Positions 52,265 through 64,000 of a stretch of DNA of 64,000 nt are shown here, one piece after another. Source of the stretch: Azolla caroliniana (Eukaryota > Plantae > Polypodiophyta); the NCBI GenBank assembly GCA_043228905.1, contig JBHGNT010000012.1, positions 20,336,001 through 20,400,000 on the forward strand, read 5' to 3'. Every line of letters starts with the position of its first letter. Position 1 is the stretch's first letter. Below the pieces are notes generated by a model, which searched no databases, was not told where the DNA came from, and saw only the letters and a program-made list of their open reading frames with translations. A program made the position numbers and the translations under genes.

Positions 52265-53716
52265 TCACACTCTTCTTTGACGCAGGAAGTCTAAGCAACC
52301 TAGGTTTACCTCACAACCTTTCTTTACAAGCAATTGACGAGAAGAATCTCTCATGAAATCTGGCGCCTTGACCGGATATGATCCACTGCCGTTTTCTTGT
52401 TGCTGCTTTCTCTGATGAAGTTGTTCTGCAGAACTTCTGACAGTTATCCAATTACAAACCCTAGGAATCTCAACAAGAGGAGGAGACGAAGGGGGGGAAG
52501 AAATTATATCACGTACAGGCTTCGATGAAGTATTGTGATGAGCTCTAAGGGAAGATCGTTCAAAACTAGAACAATATTCTACCATCGAATAGTCTTCTTG
52601 TTCATGGTCTGATTCATCATCGCTCAGATCAAGAAAGCCAAGAGTGCTTCTGGGAGAAGGTTGAGGGACCTGTAATTCACTACAGAAAGATTCATCATGT
52701 AGAGGGGATCCATCATTATTCCTATTAAGAAAAGGGTGCTCAAGAAGCTGAGATGCTGTCCATCTCTGGTTAGGGTCTCGGTGCAGACATTTAGACAAGA
52801 AATCTCTGCATTCGTCTGAGAGAGAATCAGGGAGAGGAGGATTCTCCTGGGAACAAGCGATCTTGAAGAGGAGAGATTCGAAAGAAGATAAGGAATTCTT
52901 CTGGGAGCTACCATGACACGAGAGCATCCACGGTGAGCTTCCTTGCAACATCTCCACCACAGTGCAACCTAACGACCAGATGTCAGAAGGAAAGCTTTGT
53001 TCCACACCTTGCAGAACTTCAGGAGCCATCCACAGTGGAGTCCCCCTCATTGTTATTGAAGGAGATTTATATCCAAGCTTCCCTTCGATTAAAGCATCTG
53101 CGAGAACTGTTGAGCAAGCTTCCCCTTCTTGTTGTTGTTCTTGATGATGGTGAGGGTTATGGTGTTCCAATTGCTTCTTGGCTGAACCAAAATCTGCAAT
53201 CTTTACAGAAGACCCTGATCCGATTAGAATGTTCTGTCCTTTGATGTCACAGTGCACGATTTTCTGGCTATGGAGGTACGCTAGACCTTCGACAATGCCC
53301 CTGGTAAAGTTTCGTACTCGACCTTCTTCTAAACGTCCACCTGATTTCTTGACCAATTCTGCAACACTCCCTCCTTCCATGTATTCTATGAAGAGATTCG
53401 ATGAGAAATCGCTTCCAAGGCAGGAGACGATGCGAGGAGAGCTGAGGCTTTGCAGGATGGAGATCTCTGATTCTATGGCAAGAAGCTCTGGCGAAGAAGA
53501 AGAAGAAGAAGAATGTGATGACCGAGATGGAGATGGAGATGGTGTTCCTGCCGGATTATTGATGGATTTGACAGCGAAGAATCGGCCATCTTCCAGATTG
53601 ATGGCGAGGGAGACACGGCCAAAGGAGCCATGTCCGAGAGGGAAGAGGCGAATCCATCGTCGGATCTTCATGGGAGGAGAAGACGAGAGGGTCTTCTTTA
53701 GAGGGGAAGCTTCCAT
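52265..53716 (-). CDS. Intronless MEKK-type MAP kinase kinase kinase (MAPKKK17/18/20-like), 483 aa
   Basis: The first in-frame ATG is at 53716 (the ORF track starts at an upstream TTG). Motifs LGHGSFGRV, FAVKS, HCDIKGQNIL, IADFG, the MEKK signature GTPLWMAPEV, RWTASQLLEHPF and a C-terminal SPRSTL. N-terminal kinase domain and no introns, as in this clade. Confidence 0.92.
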   Translation of the reverse strand: MEASPLKKTLSSSPPMKIRRWIRLFPLGHGSFGRVSLAINLEDGRFFAVKSINNPAGTPSPSPSRSSHSSSSSSSPELLAIESEISILQSLSSPRIVSCLGSDFSSNLFIEYMEGGSVAELVKKSGGRLEEGRVRNFTRGIVEGLAYLHSQKIVHCDIKGQNILIGSGSSVKIADFGSAKKQLEHHNPHHHQEQQQEGEACSTVLADALIEGKLGYKSPSITMRGTPLWMAPEVLQGVEQSFPSDIWSLGCTVVEMLQGSSPWMLSCHGSSQKNSLSSFESLLFKIACSQENPPLPDSLSDECRDFLSKCLHRDPNQRWTASQLLEHPFLNRNNDGSPLHDESFCSELQVPQPSPRSTLGFLDLSDDESDHEQEDYSMVEYCSSFERSSLRAHHNTSSKPVRDIISSPPSSPPLVEIPRVCNWITVRSSAEQLHQRKQQQENGSGSYPVKAPDFMRDSSRQLLVKKGCEVNLGCLDFLRQRRV

Positions 53717-53989
53717 GGTGTCTTGAAGAGGGGGAGGGGGGGGGGGGGGGGGGGGAGCTCCGAGCAATGTCAGGATTTCACACAGAAGATGAAGGAAGGA
53801 GAAGAAGAAGGAGGAGGAGATCAATTAGGGCATGGAGGAACATAGAGATTTCTCAGAGACACAGAGATTTCTCTCAGAAAGAGAAGGAATGAAGGAGAAA
53901 GACGACGAAGAATTGGTCTGCAGAAGAAGCAGAAGAAGGAGAAGAAGAAGAAGAGAGAATGGATTTTGAAGGCAGTCCCGCGTTTTATG

Positions 53990-54006
53990 TTCGTATGTAT
54001 GGTATG

Positions 54007-54037
<31 letters not shown>

Positions 54038-54235
54038 AATGTATAATGTATGTATGTATGTATGTATATGTATGTATGTATGTATAATGTATAATGTATG
54101 TATGTATGTATGTATATGTATGTATATGTATGTATGTGTATGTATGTGTATGTATGTATGTGCCTATAAGTACATATGTGCATTGTGTATGCATGTTATG
54201 TATGTATGTATGTATGTAAATATCTATGTATGTAA
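53990..54235. repeat. (TATG)n microsatellite upstream of the MAPKKK
   Basis: Read directly from the sequence. Confidence 0.95.
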
Positions 54236-57200
54236 TCATAAGGAAATTAATTAATTAATTAATTATCTAGGAAAATAAATAATGTTTCTCGGTGCCTTTT
54301 AGAGCCACCTTTTTCTTCGCGCGATCGTGATTTCTCGCCGAAATTAACTTCTTCTTTTTATTTTATTTTATTTTATTTATCTTTTTTTAAATAAATAAAT
54401 TATGTGTACAAAAAGGTTCGCTATTCGGAAGGGGCAGAGAAAAGGCGAGTTTTGGCGTTTTGTGGATAATTAGAATGAAGACGCCCTTTTCCTTAAATCC
54501 TCTCGCTAATTCCCGCTAATCTGTCTCTAATCACCTAATCTTCTCGCTAATTACGCGAATCCGTCATTAATCACCTAATCCCGGCCCTAATTACCCGACA
54601 GGCTCTTAAACCCTTTGGGCGCGGCCTTTGACCTTCTCCAACCTTCCACGCGTCACGCGCTCATTGGCTCCCTCCAGCTCTGAATCCCCAATAAATCTGC
54701 CTCTCTTTGGCTTCTGTTTTTTTGTTATATCTATATTTATTTATTTATTTATTATTATTATATTTTTCTGGGGACTCAATTTATTTGGCCAATGGTAGAG
54801 CGACACATGGCGGGGCGTCTCCCGGTAACCCCCCCCCCTCGTTCCTTTTTTTATTGCCCCGGACAATAGAGAACCAGAGAACATATAATAGACACTCTTA
54901 TGTCCCGTCCCGAGCGCCAAAGAAACACTTGTCCGCACGTGCCGATACACACATGCACTCACTCTTATGTCCTGTCTCGAGGGCCGAGCTGGCCGGGCTC
55001 CATTGTCCTCTCTCGGGTCGAGCCTCTCGGGTGGGCCGTGTCCCCCCCCCCCTCCCACTTCTCTTGGAAAAATGTGGCCAGGACGAATCGTTCCTCTTTA
55101 TATTGAATGTACAGTTTGGTAGCCCCCCCCCCCCCCCCCCAATGTATGTATTTCTCATCGAAAAGAGCTACAAACGACACCGATGTCAATGGTCAATGGA
55201 CCGTTTCCCTCGTTGCTAGTTGACCTTTGCAATTTGAGGCTCATCGAAATCCTGGATATGCTTACAACTAGACAATTTGGTACTTCGATAGGTCATCTAG
55301 TTGCTTTGGTTGCTATCAATGTGGGTCTCGCACTGCTCTGCTTTTCTAGATTTTATAATTTGAAATTTGTTTGACTACCCGACTAACATGTTGTGTTTTG
55401 GGATTTTATGTCCTTCGTTGAACTCAAAAAGACCATTTTTCACACACACTTATATGTATTATGTATATAAACTTTTGCGTGTTACACTTTGTATATATCT
55501 TCATTTTCACATGATGGTTGTATTCATGTGAGTTGAAGGGCATGAAAGAAGGAAGATGTTTTATGTAATGTGGTACCAAACCATCACATGAGAGCATCCT
55601 CACCGCTCAAAAAAACGTACCATGTCATATTTCTTTTTTCAACTCGTATTTTGTTCGTGAAACTTTTAACTCTTTAGAACATCCAACATCGCATGCTACT
55701 ATCGAGGATGAGCCCCCATGTTTACATTAATGAATGGTTTTCAAAATATTATTCAATAAGTGATCAATTTTGTTTATGTCGAGAGTTGTATGTGTGCCAC
55801 ATGCTGCATAGCTTTTATGATAAACATGGGCAAGCTAAAGTAAGGTAATTGTAGGTGCCAGGTGGGTATAATGTGGGCATGGTTGAGTAGAGTTTACTCT
55901 AGGTTACTATGCATACACCATAACCATTATGATTGAGGAATAATGCATACATGGACTAGAGCTTAAATTTCTCTTAAATACAACCATACCGAATCCATGC
56001 ATGCTTAACACAGATGCAATAAATACAACATTAGAGTGTTTTTGTTGAGCTTAGAATCTATAAATAAGGGATCGAATTTCAGAGACAAATTCATGTTGGC
56101 TACAACTTTGTTTTGTGAGTTCCATCACGAGATGTTTTGCCTTCATACCAAAGCTAATTAAATAAACAAGCTATATATGTCCCTCTTTGTAACGTGCATG
56201 AATGCCTATGCGTATCGCTACAATCAGTAAGTGTGTATCAGTCAGTACTATACATGTAAAAAGAAAGACAAGAAAGATGTGCATGCTATTGGGATGGATT
56301 ATGTATGTACATAAGAAAATGTAGATCTTCGTTTTTCATAGACAATAATGAAACAATACCAAAGTTCAATTATGTCTAAGCGAATATACTCTTGAGACCT
56401 CAGTAAAGTAAAAAGAAGGAAATGCTAGGTGTCGAGAGAATAGGAAAGGGCAACTTTGTAGCAACCGTGTTCATGAAACGGGAAAAAGAGAACTACGAAA
56501 TAATCAAAAAAAATTTCCATCCCAGGGAAATGAGAATTTAGTAAAGATTGTGTTACGAGGGAAATAATTTCTTTTGTCCTAGCATGGGTCCAAGGTACCC
56601 TTGATGAGCTTAATATTTTTTATTGAGAAATTACTTGTATGTGTGTTGTTTGCGTGCCCCGTGCATGGCTATTGAGGCAGAAAAAGAACAAAAATATAGG
56701 TAGCCACTCCTTTGTGTTATAAAATATATGTTTGTGTAATCAATCAATAAACCCTGGGATGCAAGAAAACAAGCATTTTCGTAGGATCCAGATTGGATGA
56801 CACCCCTTTTTTATTCGTGAAAAGAAGAGATCGAAGAGGTACTCCACTTTCTATTTCTTAAATGAGTAAGCAATAGAAAAAAAGTGTGCTTTGCATTTGC
56901 CAAATCGATCGTGCATGTGCATCGTTCGTTCGTTCGTTTGTCTGTTTGTGGGCGATCTCTTAGAAGTCTTCGCTCTTTCATGTTCTATGATGTTACGTGT
57001 GCGTATGCGATATGCGCGCACACATAATCTGTCTCTTACCTATCAAAAGAAATAAGACCCTCTCTTCTCACACAGCTTCCGAGTATGTTGTTTGATTCCA
57101 CCATTAACATTTTACTGGTTCCTTCCGCATATCATCGCTTGATTTGCTGTCATTTTTCCTGAATAAGCGAAATACGAGAGTGACAAGGATGCCTTTACAT

Positions 57201-60200
57201 CCAGCTGCTCACTTTACATGTAATTTGCCAAAATATACAACGCAAATTCTCCCTTTGGTAGCATATTCATCTTTATTTCAAACCGCTCTTTCGCTTTATA
57301 CTAGGTTACAGATGTGAAGCGCTCATTCATTTGCTTGCATATATTATTATTACGACAATTTACACAATCACTTTTCATACAAGTTTGTTTGGGCATAGAA
57401 AGTTTGAGTGTTTTTCACACCTAAGGACATCATGTATCCCTTTTGAAATTCAAATGCAAAATTTTTCCAATGAATAATGTATCTGATTGTTTTAGTCACA
57501 TCAACACAACTAATTCAGTGACAACTACCCAAGCATCCACATTCCACAATTGATTAACTTATTTTTATATGCATATGGTTTATTTTTAAGAAGACAAATT
57601 CCTTGCATAAAAAGCGGATCAACATAGTTGCAAGCTAAATTGAGCAACTTGATGAGACGATGAGCATAATGTATTGTTTAAAAACATATTGATGGGAACG
57701 CATGCACATCCGATAGTTTGATGTTTTGTGTACGAAAATCGGCCATGATTTCAAGTTCATTGATATGATATCTCAACATTTTACACTTACATAATGTGCT
57801 TGATTTATGCACATGTTGACATTCATGATCAAGTTTTCTTAATCATATATTTCCCCAATATTGTAAACAAATAAAACACAAAAATTCCACAATTTCAAGA
57901 ACATAACAGAATTGGTTAGAGAAGAAGTGATCAAATGTTCACATTAAGGGCATCGGTGCGAAGTTAAGAAACAATATTTAATACTTTGAATATTGTGCAT
58001 ACTTAATATCGAACATGCAATTGACATCAAATAATGAGTTGTTCTATTTGACTATTTAACGGTTGTAGGCATCTGAGCAAAGTTTGCTTGTACAACAACG
58101 AAATACCAAGAAAAAATCGTTACCATGAAATATACTTTATTCTAAACGTGTTGACTTTCAGTTATATGAGGAGTGTATACATTGCATTAATTGACTCGTC
58201 TCATTATTTGGTTTAAAGAGAACTCTTGATATCTTCCTTTAACTACCGACATAGAATCGATGAGCCGACGTTTTTAAAAAACGTGCCTCGGTGTTCCTTT
58301 TGTACAAAGAGTTTGGCCACGTTACCTAGAGAAAGTATGCTTCCATGCAATAGAAATTTGAAAAAATATGTTAGCGTCTATCAAACTTACACGTATCCAA
58401 TGACATGAGATGTAAGATTAGTTATATCTTTAGATAATAATATATATATGGGATTAGGGAAATTAGTTTAAGGTAAATTGGTTTAATGACTTCAACTTAT
58501 TGTGAGATCCAATTATTAATCTCCCTCTAATGAAGATGCTTTCATTGATCAAAATAGAACATCTTAATTAGCTAACTATGATTGCAATTGGAATGTAGAT
58601 ATCTCATAATACAAATAATATGCAACTGTCGTGATCAAAATTTAGAAGCTTCAACTTTCACCCAGAAAAATATATAATTTTGAAACCAAGCATGCATACT
58701 TTTTCGAAAATATCCCATACAAATAAACAAATTTTCAAGTCAATGTTGACTTTTAGAAGAGAGCTTCATTACAACCTTCCCTTTTATTTGTTTTGTCTTC
58801 ATTCTCTATATATACAATGCTTTTATTTACAAATACAACTATTTGAATCGCCGAAACAGTAATTTCCAAGGTCAAGAAATCAAAAGTCAACCAATCAATC
58901 TCCTTCCAAAATTGCTGAAATGTTCCATTTGTCAAATCTTACTAATGCATTGTATGATATTCCTTATCTAATCTATATCATTGACCAAATGCCGATTATT
59001 GTTGGTTTTAGAAATTAATGGATTCACTAGTGCAATTATCATCAAAACCATACACCATTATATTCCATGTTTTGAATAGAATTGTAAACATAATTTCAAA
59101 GTTATCCATAAATCATATCTTTATGTGAGAGAAGTTTTATGATATGTGCAAGTTCTAGGAAATCAAACGCACATTAATTATATTTAGCGAATACCACATC
59201 ACATCATTAGAAGACAATAGTTTGGCCATTAGCAACTTGACAATGTTATGATTATGAGGTACTTGATAATTGATGAGTAACACATGTAAGCATATAGATT
59301 TTGGATGTCTACGTTAGTAGAACGATGTATTAATATATGTTTAAGATGTCTACATAATAAAAATACCATACAAAAGTTAATGAGATCAATTCATAGCCTT
59401 TCAAGGAACCTAAGGTGCACCTTTATATCTTACCATGAAAATGACTTTCACTACTTTGTAAAGTGTCAAAAGGAACTAAGACAAAAGGAGCATTTGGGAG
59501 TAGATAACCCAAGAGGACAATCCCTTAAAAGCGTGTGTTGAAATGGTAAGAGCAAGCCATTGGCCAATGTCAAATGACAAGAGTTGAAAACTTGTCAATG
59601 CAACATAGGAAAAAAGATGAGCTACATACAACACATAAGACAAGGAAGTGTGTTGTAAACATGAATAAGGTGACACATTTTATTGCCAAAACTAGGAACC
59701 CATGCAATGATAAAAACAAGTGCAAGTTGAAATGGGAAAGCAGTTGTGCATGTCAAATAATGATAAAACTAATTTTATTCGACAAGAGAGCTCCTCAAAA
59801 GCTATATAAGGAGTGAAAGAGCTCCTTGTTGGGTTCACTAGTTTTGGGTTTAGGGAATCACAAAGGCGTGGGAAGCCTACGATGGCCAACACGATGTTGT
59901 TGTTGATCGTGGGTTCACCACTTTGAAACTCAAGGGTATCCACCCAACACACTTCTACTCCTATTCCTTCTCATCCTATATAAAATGGTTTACAAATGAT
60001 TTAATAATCTACACAATTTTGATTCATGTCGTCAAACCTATTATATTTGTATAGAGCCACTTATTCACCAAATGTATTTGTATATTTGAGCTTAAATTCA
60101 CTGACAATCTTTGTTTGAGGAAAGAAACAATGAGTCAAAAAGGGATTGACAGATTTCCTTTGCAACTTTGAATTGATCCTGTAGGCAAGACACAAAAGAC

Positions 60201-60732
60201 ATCTTTGCTCAAATCTCTGCAAGCGAAAGATTTTTTTCTCGCAGGACATACAAAGCTGTACTGTCATGTAGGTAAAGTGGGTCATTTGTCCACAATGGCT
60301 CAACATGAAAGAAATGTTTAGTGGGGCTCTTCTCGAGAAGAACACATAAGCTTGTGGAATTATCCATGCCTACAACTCATTTCCTTTTGTTAATGGTTGG
60401 TGAAAGTTGAAACAACAAAATTTTCTCATACCCTCATTTTCCCACTAGGATTTCCACATTAATCTTAGCAAAAGTGTACTTGATTTTGGTTCATGATGAC
60501 GAGAAAGAAATTTGTTGAATGGGGGGGCGGGGGATAAAAACAAAGAAAACTACACTAAAGTTTCTTATAAGCTGAGCGGAGGGGTTCAACCTTGCATCTC
60601 TGTATTTCACAAATTCCGATACCCTCACGCTGGGTGGTTCTCTAGCTCAGGGACATGTACAACCATCGGGGGAGGGGAGGGAGAATCATCGTGACCCAAA
60701 ACCATTGTGGCTGAACTCAACCATCATTCCGT

Positions 60733-61325
60733 GTGGACAAGCCCAACACAATAGGACACCGAGGCAACACGTGGACATGCCCAACATGATAGGACATTGA
60801 TCCATGGTGTGGACAAACCCAACATGGTAGGACACCCAAGCGTTGTGTGGACAAGCCCAACACAATAGGACACCAAGCCATGGGATGGACAAGCCTCACA
60901 CAATAGGACTCCCATGCATAGTGTGGGCAAGCCCAACATGATAGGACACCTAAACATCGTGTGGACAAGTCCAACATGATAGGACATCAAGGCATCGTGT
61001 GAACAAGCCCAACATGATAGGACATGGAGACATTGGATGAATAAGCCCAACACGCTAGCACACAGAGCCATGGGGTGGACAAGCCCAACACAACAGGACA
61101 TCGAGGCGTTGTGTGGACAAGCCAAACACAATAGGACACCAAGCGCATGGGGTGGACAAGCACAACACGATAGGACACCCAGGCTGTCGTCGTGTGGACA
61201 AAGCTCGACATGTTACGACAGCGAGGCATGGTGTGGAAAAGGCCAACATGGTTGGACACATAGCCATGGCTTGGGCAAGTCCAACACCGTAGGGAGCCGA
61301 GGCATGGTGTGGACAAGCCCAATGT
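60733..61325. repeat. 38-bp minisatellite, about 15.5 copies (GTGGACAAGCCCAACAYRATAGGACA plus ~12 more variable nt)
   Basis: Unit starts at 60733, 60771, 60809, 60847, 60885, 60923, 60961, 60999, 61037, 61075, 61113, 61152, 61194, 61233, 61271 and 61309. Confidence 0.95.
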
Positions 61326-62415
61326 GAGGCGCAACCAACCATTCTGCAGATAGGTTCTGCTCGGTGAGAGGATAGAGATGAGCTTCACTATTCCTTTGGT
61401 ACCAAAATTATTTTGCATTCGTTGGATCTTGCTCTCTCAATTCCATTACATATCGAACTTCTTATCCAAATACAACACAAAGGATTAGAAACCAATTATG
61501 ATCTCGTTTGACTATAACTTGATGATTCAAGTTGACTATGTACTCTAGCTTTGCTATTTAGGATTTGATATAGTATAATCGGCACATAATCAAAACTCGT
61601 GCTTGCTTAATGACCACGTATCATGACCTTATCCATACGTTCAAAGTCCATAACCAATCTGTGCAAGCATTATGCAATAGACACTTCAATTGTGCTAATG
61701 ATGCAATATGTGAGAGGACTTGTGAATCATGTAGGTAAATTTTGTGTGAAGCAGGAGTTGTAATTGAACTTGAAGGCTAGATGGTTGTTGACTTGCCTAG
61801 TAGTTAGTTTGATGGATTGATGATCGACATCTAGTTTCACATTCTTATTAGGATGTAACGTCAAAATCTTGGAGTGGCAAAAAACAACCTAAAATAAGCA
61901 TAGTCAAGTCAAAGTAGAGAAGTGCGGTTGTCACAACTTGACATATCTTAAATGATTTCGACATTTCTATCAACAACCTCGCTTAATATATTGTAATAGC
62001 ATTAGTCTAAGTATAGAATTGTCAAATAACCTTGTATTCCATGGATGAACTACGCACATTGACGTTCACCAACACTACATAGAAGAGAGCATAATCATCG
62101 AGGACATGGATAGGCAACATAATCTACACCAATCGATAAATCAAGGATATCTTTACCAATGAATTTGGTGTAGATAAGCTTGGACAAAATTTGAGTCCTT
62201 GAACTATATTCGCTTGATTCACCAATCTTTGATGGGGAGTGCAAAATTATGACGAAGTGACCCAAGCTCATTGACCACTTGAACTCCAACATATTTGGGC
62301 CAATTGATAAGCGAATGATATTTTTCCCAAAACATTTGGTGTGGATAAGTAGCTTGGACAAATCTTGGGGCCGTGGACTATGATCGCTTGATTCGCCAAG
62401 CTTTGGTGGGAATGT

Positions 62416-64000
62416 TGTTGGAGTTTGAGACTGTCAGTGTGGAAGCAAGAACAACATCTATGTTAAGAAGATACTAAGTTAACAAGTTAAAGCAAGATAA
62501 AGGAGTCAGAGTGTAATAGAGAGACAAAGAGGCACACAATGTAATAGTCTTATTCCAAAAGTTACAATGCAAGGATGGCCCTCTCAAAATCCTTATAAAC
62601 TAGGTTACAAGGCCAGTTATATACTAACTGGGCTAGGGCAACTACCCTTTGTCATATTTACATTATTGTCCCAAACCTAGTCTATCCAAGAGAACATTGT
62701 GAATACGGCCATTATACACCCGTATTCGACACTCCCCCGTAATGGGCGTATACAACAAAAAATCTATTCCAAAAAGAGTAAACAAGAGAATACATATTTA
62801 TACAATTTAAGGTTGTCAAACAAATCAGCCTTGTCTGACTCAGGAAAATTCGGGTCGACCAGGGTCGGAAGGACTTAAGTCGAATCGGCCAATCCGAAAG
62901 TACATCTAAGTTGAAGTGTCTGAAGCGAAGTCGTAAGTGCGGATTGTCAAATGTTTGAAACCTATCCTGGGTATCCGACTCAATTGGACCGATTTTTCAG
63001 GATGCCCATCTGGTGCCTAAGAGACCAGAAACGGTTTGCCAGAGACACTTGGTCATCCCATTTGCGACATTATCGGATGTGGATATCTTCTCGAGGCCGA
63101 TTTTCCTTGAAATGGCACGGTCTCGAAAAAAGTGATATCTCACATCGGTGTGCTTCGAGGTGTTGTGTTGGACTGGATTCTTGACAAGGCGACAACAACC
63201 TGACTATCACTATAGACAATTGGAGCCGAGTTGGAGTCATCTTGTCGAAACGTGTGTGCTAGCCAACCGAGCCATAAGATCTCTTTCGCTGTGTTGAACG
63301 GGCTACATATTCGGGCTCGGTTGCTAACGTAGCAGTGCACTCTTGAAGTTTTGACTTCCATGTGATTGCTCCATTGCCAAATTTAAAGCAGTATCCGGTT
63401 GTCGATTTTTGAGTGTCCACATAGCTGACAAAGTATAACCGACTATGCCTGAAGTATAGTTCGGGCCAAATAAGATGCCATAGTCTTTTATGCCTATGAT
63501 GTATCTAAACACATGCTTTATTGCATTCCAATGAGATTGACCGAGATTATGCATGAATCTGTTGATGACTCATGTGACATGAGTAATGTCAGGCCGTGTC
63601 GCGACCATCGTGTACATTAAGGAGCCGACTACTGGTGCATACAATACCGACTTCATATCTTCCCCCTCCAGACTGGATGTTGGGCAATCTCGTTGAGACA
63701 ACCGAAGACTAATTGGGAACGGGGTTGACGCAGATTTGACCAATTGCATGTTGAAGCGTTCAAGGACACGAGCAATGTAGTCGGCTTGCGACAGAAACAA
63801 TTATCGTTGATTCCGATGCTGACTAATCTTCATCCCTAGAATTTGTCTCTCTAGACCGAGGTCCTTCGTGCTGAACAAGATCGACAAGCTCTTCAGCATG
63901 CCGGCCGGAGAGGCGCATGCCATCTACGTAGATGATGAGGAAGATGGGAAACCCATCTTGTTGGGCTGTTTTGGTGAAGAGGCATTGGTCCTCATCGCTC
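62416..64000 (-). mobile_element. Ty1/copia LTR retrotransposon (RT, RNase H, PPT, 3' LTR ~62416-62731), degenerate, running off the window end
   Basis: LSQADYIARVLERFNM..VGSLMYTMVATRPDI; HWNAIKHVFRYI; STTGYCFKFGNGAITWKSKLQ. A minus-strand PPT GGGGGAG abuts TGTCGAA at 62731. The distal LTR boundary is uncertain (62413, 62416 or 62461). Confidence 0.92.

Noticed and set aside
5924-53716. Functional cell-division gene cluster (IMK2-like RLK, E2F, MAPKKK, CCT2)
   Set aside because: The MAPKKK is the intronless 17/18/20 type rather than the cytokinetic NPK1/ANP type, CCT2 is dead, and RidA and SPC12 are unrelated. There is no evidence beyond adjacency.
55300-60500. Hidden gene, miRNA or tRNA in the long AT-rich interval
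   Set aside because: I recognised no spliceable coding exons, conserved plant miRNA sequence, long hairpin or cloverleaf. Absence by eye is not proof.
60733-61325. CRISPR-like array
   Set aside because: The variable segments are only ~12 nt and homologous to each other, the repeats are degenerate, there are no cas genes and the context is eukaryotic. It is a minisatellite, and its Cys/Trp-rich ORFs are repeat artefacts.

Overview
AT-rich, microsatellite-rich land-plant nuclear DNA with spliceosomal introns; I saw no prokaryotic features. Five genes look intact: an IMK2/IMK3-like LRR-III receptor kinase (+, 2 exons), a RidA/YjgF imine deaminase with a transit-peptide-like N-terminus (+, 6 exons), a canonical E2F transcription factor (-, 14 exons), the divergently transcribed signal peptidase subunit SPC12/SPCS1 (+), and an intronless MAPKKK17/18/20-like kinase (-). 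There is also a 3'-truncated, frameshifted CCT2 (TCP-1 beta) pseudogene. Mobile DNA comprises two decayed Ty1/copia elements with 3' LTRs, a decayed Mutator transposase, three hAT-like MITEs and many local tandem duplications. I found no convincing new multi-gene system. The most unusual signals are small-scale. (1) The receptor-kinase intron is built from duplicated splice acceptors and mini-intron units, with a possible truncating alternative exon and 3-nt micro-exons. (2) Helically phased TAAT arrays lie upstream of both kinase genes. (3) E2F exon 2 has tandem acceptors bracketing an in-frame stop. (4) There are two structured minisatellites. Family calls come from remembered motifs, not database searches, and splice models were read by eye.
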